From the human T2T-CHM13v2.0 reference genome, Homo sapiens: a DNA stretch of 64,000 nt. The notes under the pieces are model-generated. The model was not told where the DNA came from. It did no database searches and was given only the letters and a program-made list of their open reading frames with translations. Below are positions 11,770 through 28,717 of this stretch, one piece after another (positions within the stretch are counted from its first letter, which is position 1; the number at the start of each line of letters is the position of its first letter). The stretch is from the NCBI RefSeq assembly GCF_009914755.1, contig NC_060942.1. One strand, 5' to 3'. The position numbers were made by a program, and so were the translations under genes.

Positions 11770-12655
11770 TGTATTGTTATTTATTGCAGCCTAACAAACT
11801 GTCCCAAAATATAGTGACATCAAACAACAACAATACATTTATGATCTCTCCTGGTCTCTGTGGGTCAGGAATTTGGGAGGATATGGCTGGGTGCTTCTAG
11901 CTTAGGGTCTCCAATGTGGTGGTCGTCAGATGGGGCTGGAGCTAGAAAAGCCGGAACCTAGATTATCTGGGGACTGGCAGGGAGTTTTTATCTTTGTGTT
12001 ATCTCAGGCCCACCCTGTGTCATTTCTCTGCATGGGGTGGTTTGGGTTTCCTTGCAGCATGGTGTCCTCAGGGTGGTAGGACTTTACATGGTGGCTGGTA
12101 AGGACTGAACATTTGTGTCCTTCCAAAATTCACATGTTAAAATCCTAACTCCCAAGGTGATGCTATTAAAAGGTGGGCTCTTTAGGAGGTGATAAGTCAT
12201 GAGGGTGGAGCCCTCTTGAGTGGGATAAGTGCCTTTAGAAGAGGTCCCAGAGAGAGCTCACATGTCCCTTCTACCATGTGAGGATACAATGGGAGGATGT
12301 CGTCTATGAACCAGACACCAAATCTGCTGGTGCCTTCATCTTGGACCCCCCAGCCTCTAGAGCTGTGAGAAATAAGTTTCTGTTGTTTCTAAGCCGTGCT
12401 GTTTATGGTATTTTGTTATAGCAGCCTGAGCAGACTAAGACAGGGGCTCAGGGTTCCAGCGTGTTTCCAGTGAGCTGGGTGGAAATGGCTTTGTCCTTTG
12501 CAGTTGGCCCTTGGAAGCCATGTAGCATCACTATACAGTACTCTATTGGTTGACCAGTCATGACAGTTGGCACAGATTCAAGGGGAAGGGACACACATCC
12601 CACTCTTGACAGTGAAAGTGTCAAAACATCAGCAGACATGTTTAAAAACACTATA
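11770..12655 (-). mobile_element. MLT1G/H-like solo LTR (split by MLT1A)
   Basis: tattgcagcctaacaaac...tgtgggtcaggaatttggg...cagattcaaggggaagggaca. Confidence 0.75.
12096..12442 (+). mobile_element. MLT1A0-like solo LTR
   Basis: ggactgaacatttgtgtcc...tgtgagaaataa...gactaagaca; TSD GTGGC/GGGGC. Confidence 0.85.
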
Positions 12656-13191
12656 TTGTTTTTATGAAGTAAGCATATACATCTGTATTTACTAATATTT
12701 GCCTTTAAAAAGGATCTGCATAATTAATAATTGAGAAAAACAGAGCAATTAAAAATAAGACAAATAATAAATAATAAATGGATCAAAGAAACAGATATAC
12801 CTGCCATCTGGACAGATTATAGTTCCAATGTAAAGGATGAAGGACTTAGGTGTTTGTAGCTCTAGTTGCTGGGTAAAAGGTTGTTTACAAATTTACCTGA
12901 AGAGTTATTTTTTTCCTCTTGACACTGAATTTTAGAAGGACTTTATTAAATGTATTCTTTCATCAGGGCCATTGAGAAAGAGAACCGTCAATGCCTGGCT
13001 TTGGTTGTTCAGAAGACAGAGAAATACTCTTTAGGTGGACACTTGTGAAACAATTTCTCTGGGAAAACAGAAACTCGAATACCAATATTAGCTTTTGATT
13101 AGTTTCTGCAGGGGAACTAAGATAAGTTGTGAGTATGTTGCCTTCTGAAGATGTAGCCCCTGCTCTGGTAGGGTCTTGCTCAGGGAACCTT

Positions 13192-13402
13192 GGCAAAAAC
13201 TTGTCAACTCCGGCCACACATTATAATCACAGGATGGAAGCAACTCTTACAAATCCACATGCCGAAGTTCATTTATCAATTATGCAATTGTATTCTTTAG
13301 ACCAATTGAATACAATCTCTGGGGGTAGGATATCGGCATTAGTATTTTTTTTTAAAACTCCACAAGTGATTCCAGTGTGTGATCAGGATCTAGAACCATT
13401 GC
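13192..13402. mobile_element. MER5-family hAT-Charlie element
   Basis: gaccaattgaatacaatctctggggg...aaaactccacaagtgattcc...agaaccattg. Confidence 0.65.
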
Positions 13403-13409
13403 TTTAGAG

Positions 13410-13582
13410 CAGGGCTTGGTAAACTGTTGTGAAAAGGGCCATGTAGTAAATATTTCCAGATTTGTGGTCATACTGCTTCCATCCCAGTGCTTCAGCTTCG
13501 CCTTTCAGCAGGACAGCAGCCATAGACAATGGGCATGATGAATGGGCATGGCTGTGTTCCAATAAAACTTTATTACTGACAC
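13410..13582 (+). mobile_element. MER58A-like hAT-Charlie element
   Basis: agcagccatagacaat...gaatgggcatggctgtgttccaataaaacttta. Confidence 0.8.
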
Positions 13583-13729
13583 CTTGTTTGGGGACCAGTT
13601 ACATTTCAGCTCTCTTTAATAGCATCATCCTTGTATGTAGAACCTCAGATGTGCAGACATGAAAGAAGGGAGTACATTTATAACTATTGTGACTGTCATG
13701 GGCATTTTGAGTGGCAATTTAAATTCTTC

Positions 13730-14398
<669 letters not shown>

Positions 14399-15284
14399 CA
14401 GTACATGTCCCTGAAATGAAAATTAACCTGTCTCAGAAAGATATAGACAAGAAAATGTGCTATTACTAATGTTTTAAACTATATAAACTAACAACTACCT
14501 TTTGCCAAAACTTAGACTTGAGTATCTTTTGAAAAATCAGGTAATAGTGATATTTCCTTTTCAAGCACTATCCTGGTTCCTTATATTAAAACTAGACTCC
14601 ATATCAGGATGACCAGAGTTTGAACTCTGGAGGCATGGCCCATGAATACAAATATCTTTTCTGTCCCCTACCATTTCTTTTCTTTTTCTTTTCTTCATTG
14701 TTTGTTTTCTTGTCCCCTACCATTTCTTATTGCTTTCTAACAAAATTAAAATTTCTAAATTATTATATATTGTCTTTTATTTTAAAAAAGGAAGGGGGTT
14801 AATTCACAAGCTTATATATTTCTTTGCACAGCATCCCCCCACCCCAGCTCTCCTCCCACCACAAATCTTCTGTCCTTAGGACATAGATCTTTGGAACTAG
14901 GAATGACATTAGAGATTGTTTCCTTTCTGGTCCTCCAGAAGGTCTGTGACTTGCCCAACATGGCTAGGGCAGGAACCAGGAGGGCAGGACCAGAATTCTG
15001 GCCTCGAGTCCCCTGTCTAGAGATCAGCTAACTCTTGCCCTCTGCCTCCCTCCTCTCTGCATTCACACCTGATTCCTGCTTTACAACTTCCTCAAACACT
15101 AAGGTGTCCACTGACCCGGTCCTCTGTCTCTTTCTGGATCCAAGACCTTGAAATGACCTTGATTTGTTTTCTAGTCATTGTTAATTATTTGAGGATGGAG
15201 TAATGCATTGTCCTGCATTCTCCATCAGCTTACAGCTGATGGTGAGAAGTGAGAGGTGACACAGTTATTGGAGGGCAGGATTGG

Positions 15285-15740
15285 AGGGCCTCCAACTTAC
15301 TGTGGTTTAACTTATGAATTTTAGACTTTATGACAGTGCTAAAGTGATATGTATTTAGTAGACACTGTACTTTGAATTTTGACCTTTTCCTGGGCCAGCG
15401 ATTTGCAGAATGATGCTCTCTCATGATGCTAGGCAACAGCAGTGAGCCGCAGCTCCCATTCAGCTGCACGATCAGCAGGGTAAACAACTAATACTGCACT
15501 CTACAGTATACTGCATTCAATGAATTACATGAGACATTCAACTTTATGAAATAGGCTTTGTGTTAGGTGATTTTGCCCAACTGTAGGCAAATATAAATGT
15601 TCAGAGCATCTTTAAGATAGGCTAGGCTAACCTGTGATGTTCAGTAAGTTAAATATATTAAATGCATTTCCAACTTGATATTTTCCACTATTGATGGGCT
15701 TCCTGGGAGGTAAGCCCATTGTAAGTCGAAGATCATCCAT
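15285..15740 (-). mobile_element. MER47B/Tigger5-derived TcMar-Tigger element
   Basis: ggctttgtgttaggtgattttgcccaactgtagg...taggctaggctaa...cccattgtaagtcga; degenerate terminal inverted repeats. Confidence 0.8.
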
Positions 15741-17633
15741 AGTCCCTTCAGATTCAAGTTCAAAAACATCCTTTTCTTCTGAAAATACCTTCACTTTTCT
15801 GCTTGTTAAGGCTGGACAATTTTCCCCTACCCCCAGCCTTTTCCCAAATCCTTTTCTCTCAGACTTGGAAGACCCTACTCTCTCCTAGCTCTGTTTCTAG
15901 GCCTCTCTATTCTTTTAGCTTCTTTTAGAAGACAGTCCACATTGTGTTATTGTCAGTGCTGGCTTAATCCTGGGCCAGTTTCCATCTGTGTAATCTTTTG
16001 CGTAATCTCATCTGCTCTCACAATTTTGAATTCCAAAAATACTCACACAGCTTCCTTATCTCTGCCTGGTATTTTTGCAGTTGCCTACTAGCTAAAATAA
16101 TCCATTTAAAATTCTTGTCACATGTCAAAGAATTTAGGGAAGAATGGCATTTTCAAATTTTGACTGCATTACTAAATCACTTTACACTGGATAAATCAGC
16201 TGTCTTTGACCTTATAACTTTTTTCTTTTAGTTATTTTATGTGCATGAATTTCCAGTTGTATGAGGTATAAGAATTATTAAATGAAAAGCTATGGAAATT
16301 TTTGAGATCTTGATTTCTTTTGGTTTTAATTACTGACTATATTCATAGTCTAGGTAATAATTTGATTTTGAGATGACTCCTATGAGCAAACACTGTATAT
16401 ATTCCTATATAAAAAAGGTTAATTAAAAAATCAAATATCATTTCTCATCTGTTAAGCCACCCTTAATTGTTAAAATAATTATTTTCTGTCTTTGTCATGC
16501 TTTGGCAAAACTGGTAGCAGTGCAAATTGAAATAACATTTTTAGAAAGCCAGTTGGCAACATTCAAAGGGATGTTTTTACAATAAAAACGGAAGGTGTAT
16601 CTTACTGTGTTTGAATGTAATTAAAATGTTCAGAGAGAGAAAATGTTTAGAGGATGCAAGGATAGGGAGGTGGGATGTGGGACCTGATAGCACTGGGCTG
16701 GTTCAAAGATTATATTTAGATTTTCTATATGCTTGAGGATGGGGCTTTATGGACTCTAGAAGAAGTCTCACGGCTTTTTAATTTAACTCTGAGACTTTTG
16801 ATTGGACCAAAGACTCCCTTTCCCAAAATTCCAACTTTTGCATTCTCCTGCCAAAACTTTCCGGTAGGAAATAATGAGATGGAGTGGGCAAAGCCTAGCA
16901 GGGGTGAGGCTCCTCCTGTCCTCTCTGTGCTCAGGGTACTGGGTCAGTGCTCTGGCTTGTAAGCTTTCCTCTGAGAAGCAGGAAATCAAAGGCAGACCAT
17001 GGTGCCTGCAAGTATGGCCTGGGAGTCATCTTCAAGGTCTCCCACTGCCCAGCTATCCTCAGGGTTTTATACTTTTACATAGAAACACCTGAATCAAGAC
17101 AAAAATGCATCTGGCAACTTATTGCATTTTTTTTCCCACATTTGATCTTTTTCAGCATTAGCCAAGTCAAAAATAGTCTGGAGATTTGAGTGTTGGAACA
17201 ATTAGCCACCTGTATTTTATGTGGAAAAAAATAAGAATTTCCAGGCTTGGCTCAGCCATTTTGTGTTGATTATACTGAGTACATCGAAGCGAGGTGACTG
17301 AATTTTGCACACATTAGAAGCAGCAGCTAAAACTCTGTACAGCTTGTGTTATAATTGGGAAAGCAGGGATCTGTTCCAGCATCGTATCATTCCCTGAGTT
17401 CTCTAGTAATATCACACTAACTTTCTCAGCAAAGCTAAGCAGATTAGTTGGAGGGGGTAGTAAGAAACTTGGTTGCAATAGAAATTCTTTCTGGTTAGGA
17501 AAAATAAAAGGCAGTGATAGGCCACTGAACATTCTGGGAACAGTCATGCCTCTGCCTTTTGTCCCTGACAGAGAAGATAAAGTCACGTGTAGATGACGCT
17601 GAAGAGGATTTCTTTGAGTTGCCAGCAAAGCTC

Positions 17634-18062
17634 TGTTTCAGTTATCTATTGATGTGAAACACAAAATTCCAACGTAATGGCTTAAAACAACGATGTATGA
17701 TTGCGACATTCTGTGGGCCCAGGAGTGGGGCGTATCTTGGTGGTTCTTCTGCTTTGCATGATGTTGACTGGGTCACTACTGCAGCTGCACTCAGTTGGGA
17801 GCTCAGCTGGGGTGGCATATCCAAAGTGGCCTCTCATTGTCCGGGACTTTTCTCAGACGGCCCTCTGATAGTTCAGTAGTCTAGTCTGGATTTCTTATGG
17901 CATCACAGCTGGCTCTGAGAATGTAAAAGTGGAAGCCGCCAGGCCTATTTAGGCCTGGACCTGGGACTGGCACAGCACTGGCACTCATTTAATTGGCCAA
18001 AACAAGTCACAAGACCAACTGAGATTGAAGGGGAAGGGAAGTAGCCTCCAACTCTTGGTGGG
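17634..18062 (-). mobile_element. MLT1H/F-like solo LTR
   Basis: tcagttatctattg...tggcttaaaacaac...ttggccaaaacaagtcacaag...gaaggggaaggg. Confidence 0.75.
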
Positions 18063-18334
18063 CTGGGGTGTCTGGGGGGCAGGTTGGGTTGAGGCAACTC
18101 GTCTCTTGGAGGGTCCCAAGCACAGATAGGATTGTATTTTCCTTTAGATAACCCAATTTAAATTTATTATGCAAATGTTATTGATCACAAAGTGTTAATA
18201 TTTATGTTATTTATTTAAATAAATAAAATGCTGGATGTAAAATAATTTTATAAATGGTAAAATACTTCAGTAAATCAAGTTCTGGCCTAATGGAAAGGCA
18301 TAATTGAAAGGCTTTTACAAAATGTAAAGCTTGG

Positions 18335-18490
18335 GGTCCTTATTTCACGTAGGAGAAAACCGAGGCTCCTATAAATATTTAACTTGCTTAAATTAATCAT
18401 TTTTCAGTTTTAAGTCATTAAGTTTTTGTTTGGCGTGTTGACAGAAAAAGGACTAGAAATACCTCTTAACTCCCAGCTCAGTGCTTATCT
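18335..18490 (-). mobile_element. MIR fragment
   Basis: tatttcacgtaggagaaaaccgaggctc...gggactagaaa...actcccagctcagtgct. Confidence 0.5.
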
Positions 18491-18565
18491 TTCTCTCTAC
18501 CTTCTAATCATAACTTAACAGTTGTTCCTGAAGAAAATCTAACCTTTTGGTTTTCTTTGCCATAA

Positions 18566-18680
18566 TCCAGAGTTTCTTGCCTTTGGCACTATTGACATTT
18601 TGAGCCTAATGATTCTTGGTTGTTGGGGGTTGTCTCGTACATTGTGGGATGTTTGGCAATACCCTTGGCTTCTGTCCACT
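18566..18680 (-). mobile_element. MER20 half element
   Basis: ggcactattgacattttg...tacattgtgggatgtttggcaatacccttggc. Confidence 0.75.
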
Positions 18681-21159
18681 GCCATAATCCAAGGCACTGA
18701 CATTTCTTATGCTGCAGTTCCTGAACTGTCTACATAATCATGATTGAGAATTAACTATTTTCCCAATCAAAAACGCAGGCACAGGTCTGATAAAGGACTC
18801 CCCCTGCCCCAGTTTGTACATTCAGATATAGAAAAATGTTTTAAGTTATAAATTAAATGTATAAAATTAAAATTTTGATTTTATTACATACATTATACAG
18901 ATCACCTTTAAAAACACAATTCCTTAAAATTCAGTTGTTTTGGCAAAATGACAAAGTATGGTTCATAGGATTTTTCTTGCAAATCGAAACTGATAACTGT
19001 TGGCAAATGTCAGCTGTTATCTTTTTACCTCACTTCCAGTTTGGGTAGAACCTAACTGGAGAGGTGATGTTAAATAACAGTGTGTTCATAAAACACAAAG
19101 TGAAGAAGAGATTTGGCAAAGTGTCTAGTTGATTTGAAACAAGTAGACCAGAACATATTCAGTTTAAAAACACTTCCTGATGCAAGTATTATCCAGACTG
19201 AATTTCTACACTAATCAAATTGTTTCAAGTATTCATTTCACTTGGTATTGTGTCAAAACAGCTGAAGTGTCTGATAAATTATTCTTTCCTAGTTGTTTAT
19301 GACTCCAAGCATACATATAACAAAACTGAATTTGATCTAACCGTTTCCATTTCTCTTTCCCATGTGAATGATAATGTTGATGGAACTAAGGAAGCAACAC
19401 CAACAATGAAATTAAATAATGTCAAGGTTTCTTGCTTAGGAAAGCTAGGCAGCATTAGAAGGTGCCTGGGGAGGCAAAGCAGAGTGTACCCAAATGCTTC
19501 GGTCTTGATTGTTTAATAGTTGTTAAAAGCCAGTCAACTCACATTTATTTCTCCTTCAATTCCATAAATGGACCTGCAAAAATTTGCAAATAAATCTACA
19601 CAGCTTTGTCATACATAAACATGTGCTTGAATTCATTCCTTCATTTGCATTTTTGAACTTTCCCAAATACAAATACCTACAATAGCCCAATATGCTTGTT
19701 CTGCTCATTTGGAAAAGCTATCTGATGGTTTTCCCTTTGGCATTTTGAATAACTGCTAGCTGCAGATGCTAAATAACTCTCAAGTCTGTGTGACTTAATA
19801 TTTCTGCCGAGTTAATCAAATAAAATACAGTTGAAATCTCAACCAGAAGATGCTATCTGTCGTCTGACATGTACTCAACTGTGATAATGAAATGCTGCCT
19901 GACTTAGCCTTAAATTTTGAAGTTGAGATCCATATTGAATAAATTTTGAAGTCTGGTTTCCTGAACTTTTAAAATTACATATGAATTTAAAATTTGTTTT
20001 GCCCAATGGTGTGAAGTAAAGACTTGATATGGTTAAGGTGAATTTGGTCACATAATCAAACTTACGTATTCATGTTGATAACTTGCCTTCCCTCTGGTTA
20101 CCTCCTCTCTCTTTTCTTCCCACCCTACCGTGGGACTTGATTTGAGTACCTGTCCTGATCCTCTTAACTCTGCCCCACATTTAGATTCGAATTACCTTTA
20201 ATTACACTCTCAAGGTGCCCAGTTTTCTTTGTGAAAGAATTGTCCTACAGAGTTCCATAGTTACATAAGAATCAGGCCCATTAATTTCTCTGTTGATTTT
20301 AATTTCTCCTAAGTATCAGATCTTTGGCAAAAGTATAACAATTCACCAGGAGACTAAGAAAGAAGAAGAAACAACATTCCAGATCAGAAGTAATTTATAT
20401 GAAGACACAAATTATTGTGATCAGTGAGGACATTTGGTTCCCTAAACCAGAATGTTACTAGCCCAGCTACGCAGAATAGTATATGTTCAGGCTCCAAAAG
20501 AAATTTCATAAGATCTGTTGTACCTTTTGATTAATTTCCTGTTAGACTTTTCTGGAAAAGAGATGAGTCTGGGAGAGGAACTCCCTACATTTTTTTCTCT
20601 GAAGCCTGTCTTTAATTCAGGGTTGCCATGTATGATGTTTTGGAGAAATGGATTGCTGAATCCAGTTTGGATGGCTGCCTATAAAGACGGAAAGGGCCTC
20701 CTGTGTGAAGGCCGCAGTGTTCTGTCCCCACCTTTGAGTCAAGGCTTGTGCTGCTCCCTCATGTTTTCCCTGCAAATGACCACTGAAAATTTGACATTGT
20801 TTAAGATCAGCAAGCCCAAAATAATGTCTTATCCCAGTGTGTTGCACGGAATAGGTGTTGAGTAAATATCCAATAGTCAATCTGGCATTTACATTTAAAT
20901 TGCTTTGTGAAAGCCCTTTGGGTTGCTAACTTCGCTGCTCTTTTGTTCTTTTCCTAGTTTAAGATTAGGTGGGTATTTTAGGCCAAGTCTCACAGGACAT
21001 TGCATCTTGGTAGACCCTTTGCACCCAGAGGGCCCTGTCTTCAGTTTCGCATGTTCAGGGCTGTATTAAGGCACCTGGCCCACCAGATAGCATGGGACCT
21101 GGGAAAAGTGAATGGGAGTATCCTACAGGATATTTCATCGATCTATTAAAGAATTCCTT

Positions 21160-21428
21160 TGCAATTTTCCACAGGGGTGAAATTGTGCTTGAAGAGGTGA
21201 AAATTGATTCTTAGGGGATTGCAGAAATTTGGATATTGCAATGGTTTGTGGTTTGTCAGGTAGCTCAATGCTACCTGACAAAATCATAGTCCTTAATACT
21301 TAATTTCTCTCATTAGGGAGAAATTTAATTTCAAATTGAAATTTATTAATTAATTTAAAGTTTAAATATTTTTTTTTCTTCGTAGAGGTACAATAATGAA
21401 AAAGAAAAAAAAAGTCTGAGAAACACGG
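21160..21428 (-). mobile_element. MER112-like hAT-Charlie element
   Basis: gaaaattgattcttaggg...taatttctctcattagggagaaatttaattt...tgagaaacac. Confidence 0.75.
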
Positions 21429-21476
21429 TTCTGGAGCACACATCTCTTCTGTGGCTTTGGAAACTACCCACGATAA

Positions 21477-21857
<381 letters not shown>

Positions 21858-22494
21858 ATCCACTGTGGCTCTTCTTAAGGTGAACTCTTGAGAAAATAAC
21901 TGGAAGGAACCTTTTACATACACTGGAGACAGACAACCAAATGCTGCATCTGCCCTGAATCTCCTCATACCTCTTTGTCCTAGTTCCCACCACATATTCC
22001 CAATCTTCTATCTCTCCCAAAAGGCAGCTTTCTTTAAATTGCCAGTAAGGGCTGGACTTTGGAAAAGGCAAGTCCTACTTTGGACCAACTATAGGTTTCT
22101 TATGCTTTTCTTTTTCTCCCTTGGAAATGTTCGTATAATTCCTTCCAGACACAGATTCCTGAGGCAGCTGCTTCTCTCCCTGGTGTGCCCAGCTGAGACT
22201 TACCTGCCCTTGACATTGGAGAAGATATGCAAATAACTCCATGAATCCTTAGGGACCCATCATGGCTTCCCTTCAAGTATTCATTCTACCTGGGCACCCA
22301 TACCCAATCATAGCTAAGTCTGGACTCACCTAGACGATCTCATCTGAATCCTACTGCAGAAAGATGAGGCTGCTGTATGCTATATCCTCTTTATAAACAG
22401 CAATAATAATGTTGGTTAAAATAGATCTAGTGACTTACCCACGATGACATAGCTAATATATGGTAAGGTCAGGACAGCTTCCCCTAACAACACA

Positions 22495-22615
22495 CACACT
22501 GGAATGTTCGTTCTCTAAGGACAGGGGCCATGCTGTTGCTCAATGTCATGTTCCCAGGGCCTAGGACAGGCCCTGGCATATAACAGGAGTCCAGTCAATA
22601 TTTGTTAAATGAACA
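22495..22615 (+). mobile_element. L2 3' end
   Basis: gcctaggacaggccctggcatata...caatatttgttaaatgaa. Confidence 0.7.
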
Positions 22616-22992
22616 GGGTTCTTTGAGCCTGGGGCTGTCAGATCACCAAGACAATGCAGGAAACTGTCCAAAATATGTGGGTCTATTTATCTGGCCCACA
22701 GTTGATTTTACATTGGCAGCTACCACCTTCATTTTAAAAAGTGTAAAACAATAGCTGCAGCCACTTCTTCAGGCACAAAGCTTATCCCAAACTTCTGAGA
22801 GGCTTGCCATGGAGTCCAAGGACAGCTTGTTTTCTAGGCTGTATTTAATTTCAAATTAAGTGCAATTATTGTTAAAAGACAGGGTCTTCTTGTTATTTAA
22901 GTCTCTTGTATTAGGAGCCCCAAATTGTATACAGAGGTGAGACCACTCTCATTTCTGCTTTCAGTAAAGTTTACACACAACACAAATGCTCT

Positions 22993-23333
22993 TGCTATGG
23001 GCTGAATGTTTGTGTGCCCCCAAAATTCATTTGTTGGAACCTAATCCCCAAGGTGATGCTATTAAGAGGTGGGGTAAGGTGGGGTTATAGGGAGGTGACT
23101 GGGTCATGAGGACAGTACCCCAAAGGAAGTCATTCATCCCATCCCCTATGTGAGGACACAGCAAGAAACCACCATCTACAAAGCAGGGAAACAGTCCTCA
23201 CCAGATGCCGAATTGCCAGAACCTTGATCTTAGACTTTCAGGCCTCCTGAACTGTGAGCAATAAATTTCTGTTGTTTATAAGCCACCTGGTTTATGGTGT
23301 TTTTTGCTACAGCATCCTAAACAGAATAACACG
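22993..23333 (+). mobile_element. MLT1A-like solo LTR
   Basis: tgctatgggctgaatgtttgtgtgcccccaaaattcat...gaactgtgagcaataaatttctgttgtttataagccac. Confidence 0.85.
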
Positions 23334-23584
23334 GTGCTAAGTAAAAATATGCATGTACTTCAGAAGATAGAAAATGCCCTACAAAATTAAGTTCACTTCT
23401 CTTGCAATCAATCATTTATTGTGAGAAAAGAGGGAGCTACAATGAATTGTCACAGATTTTGTACACAAACATAAACCAACTTTCTTCTGTATTAGCTTCT
23501 GATGGGAAATGTGTTTTGGTTAGCTCAGTAGGAGTGGGATAAATACATTCCCAAATGAAGAAAATCAGCCACTCACCTAGCCAA

Positions 23585-23990
23585 TCATGGGCCAACAGCA
23601 TTTATTATGCACTAGCACTCTTACGCAATGAGGAAGATAAAGATGGATTGAGAAAAAATCTTGTCATTGATAAGACTGCAATAGATGAGGGTAGGTAAAA
23701 CATAACATAATTACATTGCAAGATAGAAAGTAAGAAGTGTAAAAGACTATTAGGTGTTTAAAGGAGGGAAGAATTTTTTCCTTCTTTGGGGGATAGGGTA
23801 AGAGATGGCAGGATCAGATAAAGCAGTGTGGAGGCAATATTTGGTTGGGTCTTAAATTAAGGAGTAACTTGGATTACAGATATTAAAAACAAGAAGGAAA
23901 GAATAATCCAGGCAGAGAATATGACAAGTGGTATAGAAGCAGAAAAACGAAGGCAAAAGGACAAAGCCCAGTGTGATTGGAATGTGTGGC
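23585..23990 (-). mobile_element. L2 fragment
   Basis: cagcatttattatgcacta...gaataatccaggcagag. Confidence 0.5.
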
Positions 23991-24215
23991 CCTGATTCTT
24001 GGGAACTAACCCTAGAAGGTGCTGGAAGCTGTGGGAGTCAGTAGAGCTATTGTCATTCTGAAGTCTTATTGAAATGGCTTTTCCTGTTCCCTTTAAATTA
24101 GGCATGGCCATTTATCTTAATTTGATTTCCCGTAAAGGTGGACCCTGAGACAAAGTCTTGGGTGCAGTATAGCATATGTGGAAGGTGATCTCAGGAAACG
24201 AAAGTGAGGAAGTGG

Positions 24216-24530
<315 letters not shown>

Positions 24531-24994
24531 AAGTGGGGAAGTGAGACAGGGATGAGGGAAAGCTAGCTATGGGCAACTGGTGCTCAATTCTAATGAGGCC
24601 ACTCAGAGAAATAAAGTGAATTTTGCCTTAGAATTGTGTCATTAAAAAAACAAAAGTGGGATACTGGGGCATTGATCACCAACTACCACCTTCCAGCTGT
24701 TGAATGTTGCTGCAGTGGCATTATCATCCTTGTATTTCTGGATTGTGTGAGTGGAACCAGCCCTGGTGTTGGGAAAAGTCCCTGGGAATAGGAGAGAGAA
24801 GCAGGCATTTGAGGTGGAAGCTGCCAGCTTGCTGGGAACTGCACTGTGCTCCAGGGAAGCTCCAGCAGCTGAGGTGAGGTGGGGCAGGGCCTCACCGTAC
24901 CTGCTCCGGCACAGACCTTAACGTTGGTCAGCAGAACATGAGCAAAAGTAAGAACTGTCACTTCTGGTGGAAGCTTTAAGAAACAACTCATGAT

Positions 24995-25212
24995 TTCCAT
25001 ATTCCTTCTCCCTGTTGGGGCGACAATGATAGTTCAAATGATGGGGGTTCCCTTCACTCGTCCTGGAGTGAGAAGAAGTGGAACAGAACTAGCAGCTGAC
25101 TCACAGTGGACAGACACATAGCAGGAGTGAGAAATAAACCTATTTCTTATAGGCACACAAGATTTTAAGCGTTGTGATGGGTACAACATAGCCTATCCCA
25201 ATCTGACTGATG
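24995..25212 (+). mobile_element. MLT1J-like LTR 3' part
   Basis: tcctggagtgag...gagtgagaaataaacc...catagcctatcc...ctgactgat. Confidence 0.6.
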
Positions 25213-25299
25213 TATATATATTCTGAAGGGATTTGTTTCATGATGATTAATTATGGCAAGATACCACAAAAATCCAGTGGTACAAACAAGATAGAAATG

Positions 25300-27598
<2,299 letters not shown>

Positions 27599-27674
27599 TA
27601 GAAGTGTATTTCTAAAGTCTTGTTAAAGAGAGGGTCCAGGTTCCTTTTATCTTGTTCCTTTTCCACTTACTATG

Positions 27675-27885
27675 GCAGGAGTCAGGAAGCTTGTTCTGCA
27701 GAGGGCCAGATAGTAAGTATCTTAGGTTTTGTGGGCCATTTGGCCTTTTTGTTATAACTACTCCAACTCTGTTGTTGGAGAGGCAAGCAACCATATAAAA
27801 TATAAATGAATGGGTGTGGCTATGCTTAAAGAAAACTTTATTTTTTATTTACAAACATAAACAGCAGACCAGATTTGGCAAGCAA
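27675..27885 (+). mobile_element. MER58A-like element
   Basis: agggccagatagtaagtatcttaggttttgtgggcc...aatgaatgggtgtggct. Confidence 0.75.
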
Positions 27886-28389
27886 CATGGTAAGACAACT
27901 CATAATTGAACACTGAGAACTAGAATCAAAACTGGAACGAGAGTTGGATGTTCTAGTGGCTGATGATAGCCAGACGTGTCTGTTTCTACCAAAGGGATGT
28001 ATCTGCCACATAGGTTTGATTATGATACTTTCTCCTTGGACTGCATCTCTCTGATACTCCTTTATTTAGCATATTCCCCACACCTTCCATGCTAAATAAA
28101 GCTTCAGCTTGGTAGCCAATTTGTCTAAGGTAATGATGCATATCTGTGTTCTGGTTCATTATGTAATCTCATGTTTAGGTTCTGGGAGAGTTCCTCATAT
28201 TTTCCATTGGCTAGCAACGAATAATTTTATATTTTTTATTGAAAAGTAAAATGTAAAAAGTCTAACCATAAGAATAAGAAGATATAGGTGAATGTGTAGT
28301 ATTTTGATAAGAAAGCAGGTTTAAAAGCAACAACAACAATAAAAATCTGATTATTGCTAGTCAAATGTAATGAATAGAAAACAGATTAT

Positions 28390-28585
28390 TTTAAAATAAA
28401 AACTTCTCCATGCCAGCCAAATACATAACATTAAATGCAAATCAAACAGAAAAAAACTAGAACGGATGACAAATGAAATCATTAAGAAATCCTAAAATAG
28501 CTTTTATATATAAATAGCTCTAATGAACAAATAAGAATTCCTATAAATAATTGTGGAAAGGATATGTGCAAGTGATTCATGAACA
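28390..28585 (+). mobile_element. L1ME-like ORF2 fragment
   Basis: aaaaacttctcc...ggaaaggatatgtgcaagtgattca. Confidence 0.4.
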
Positions 28586-28717
28586 CATGCTATTAATAGA
28601 TATCAGTAGTTATTATACATGCTATTAATAGCTAATAATCCTATAAAAGACTATTTGACTTCCAGGGAAACGATAGAAAGGCAAAGGCAAAGGCAAATGG
28701 GAGGTTGGGAGGCATTT

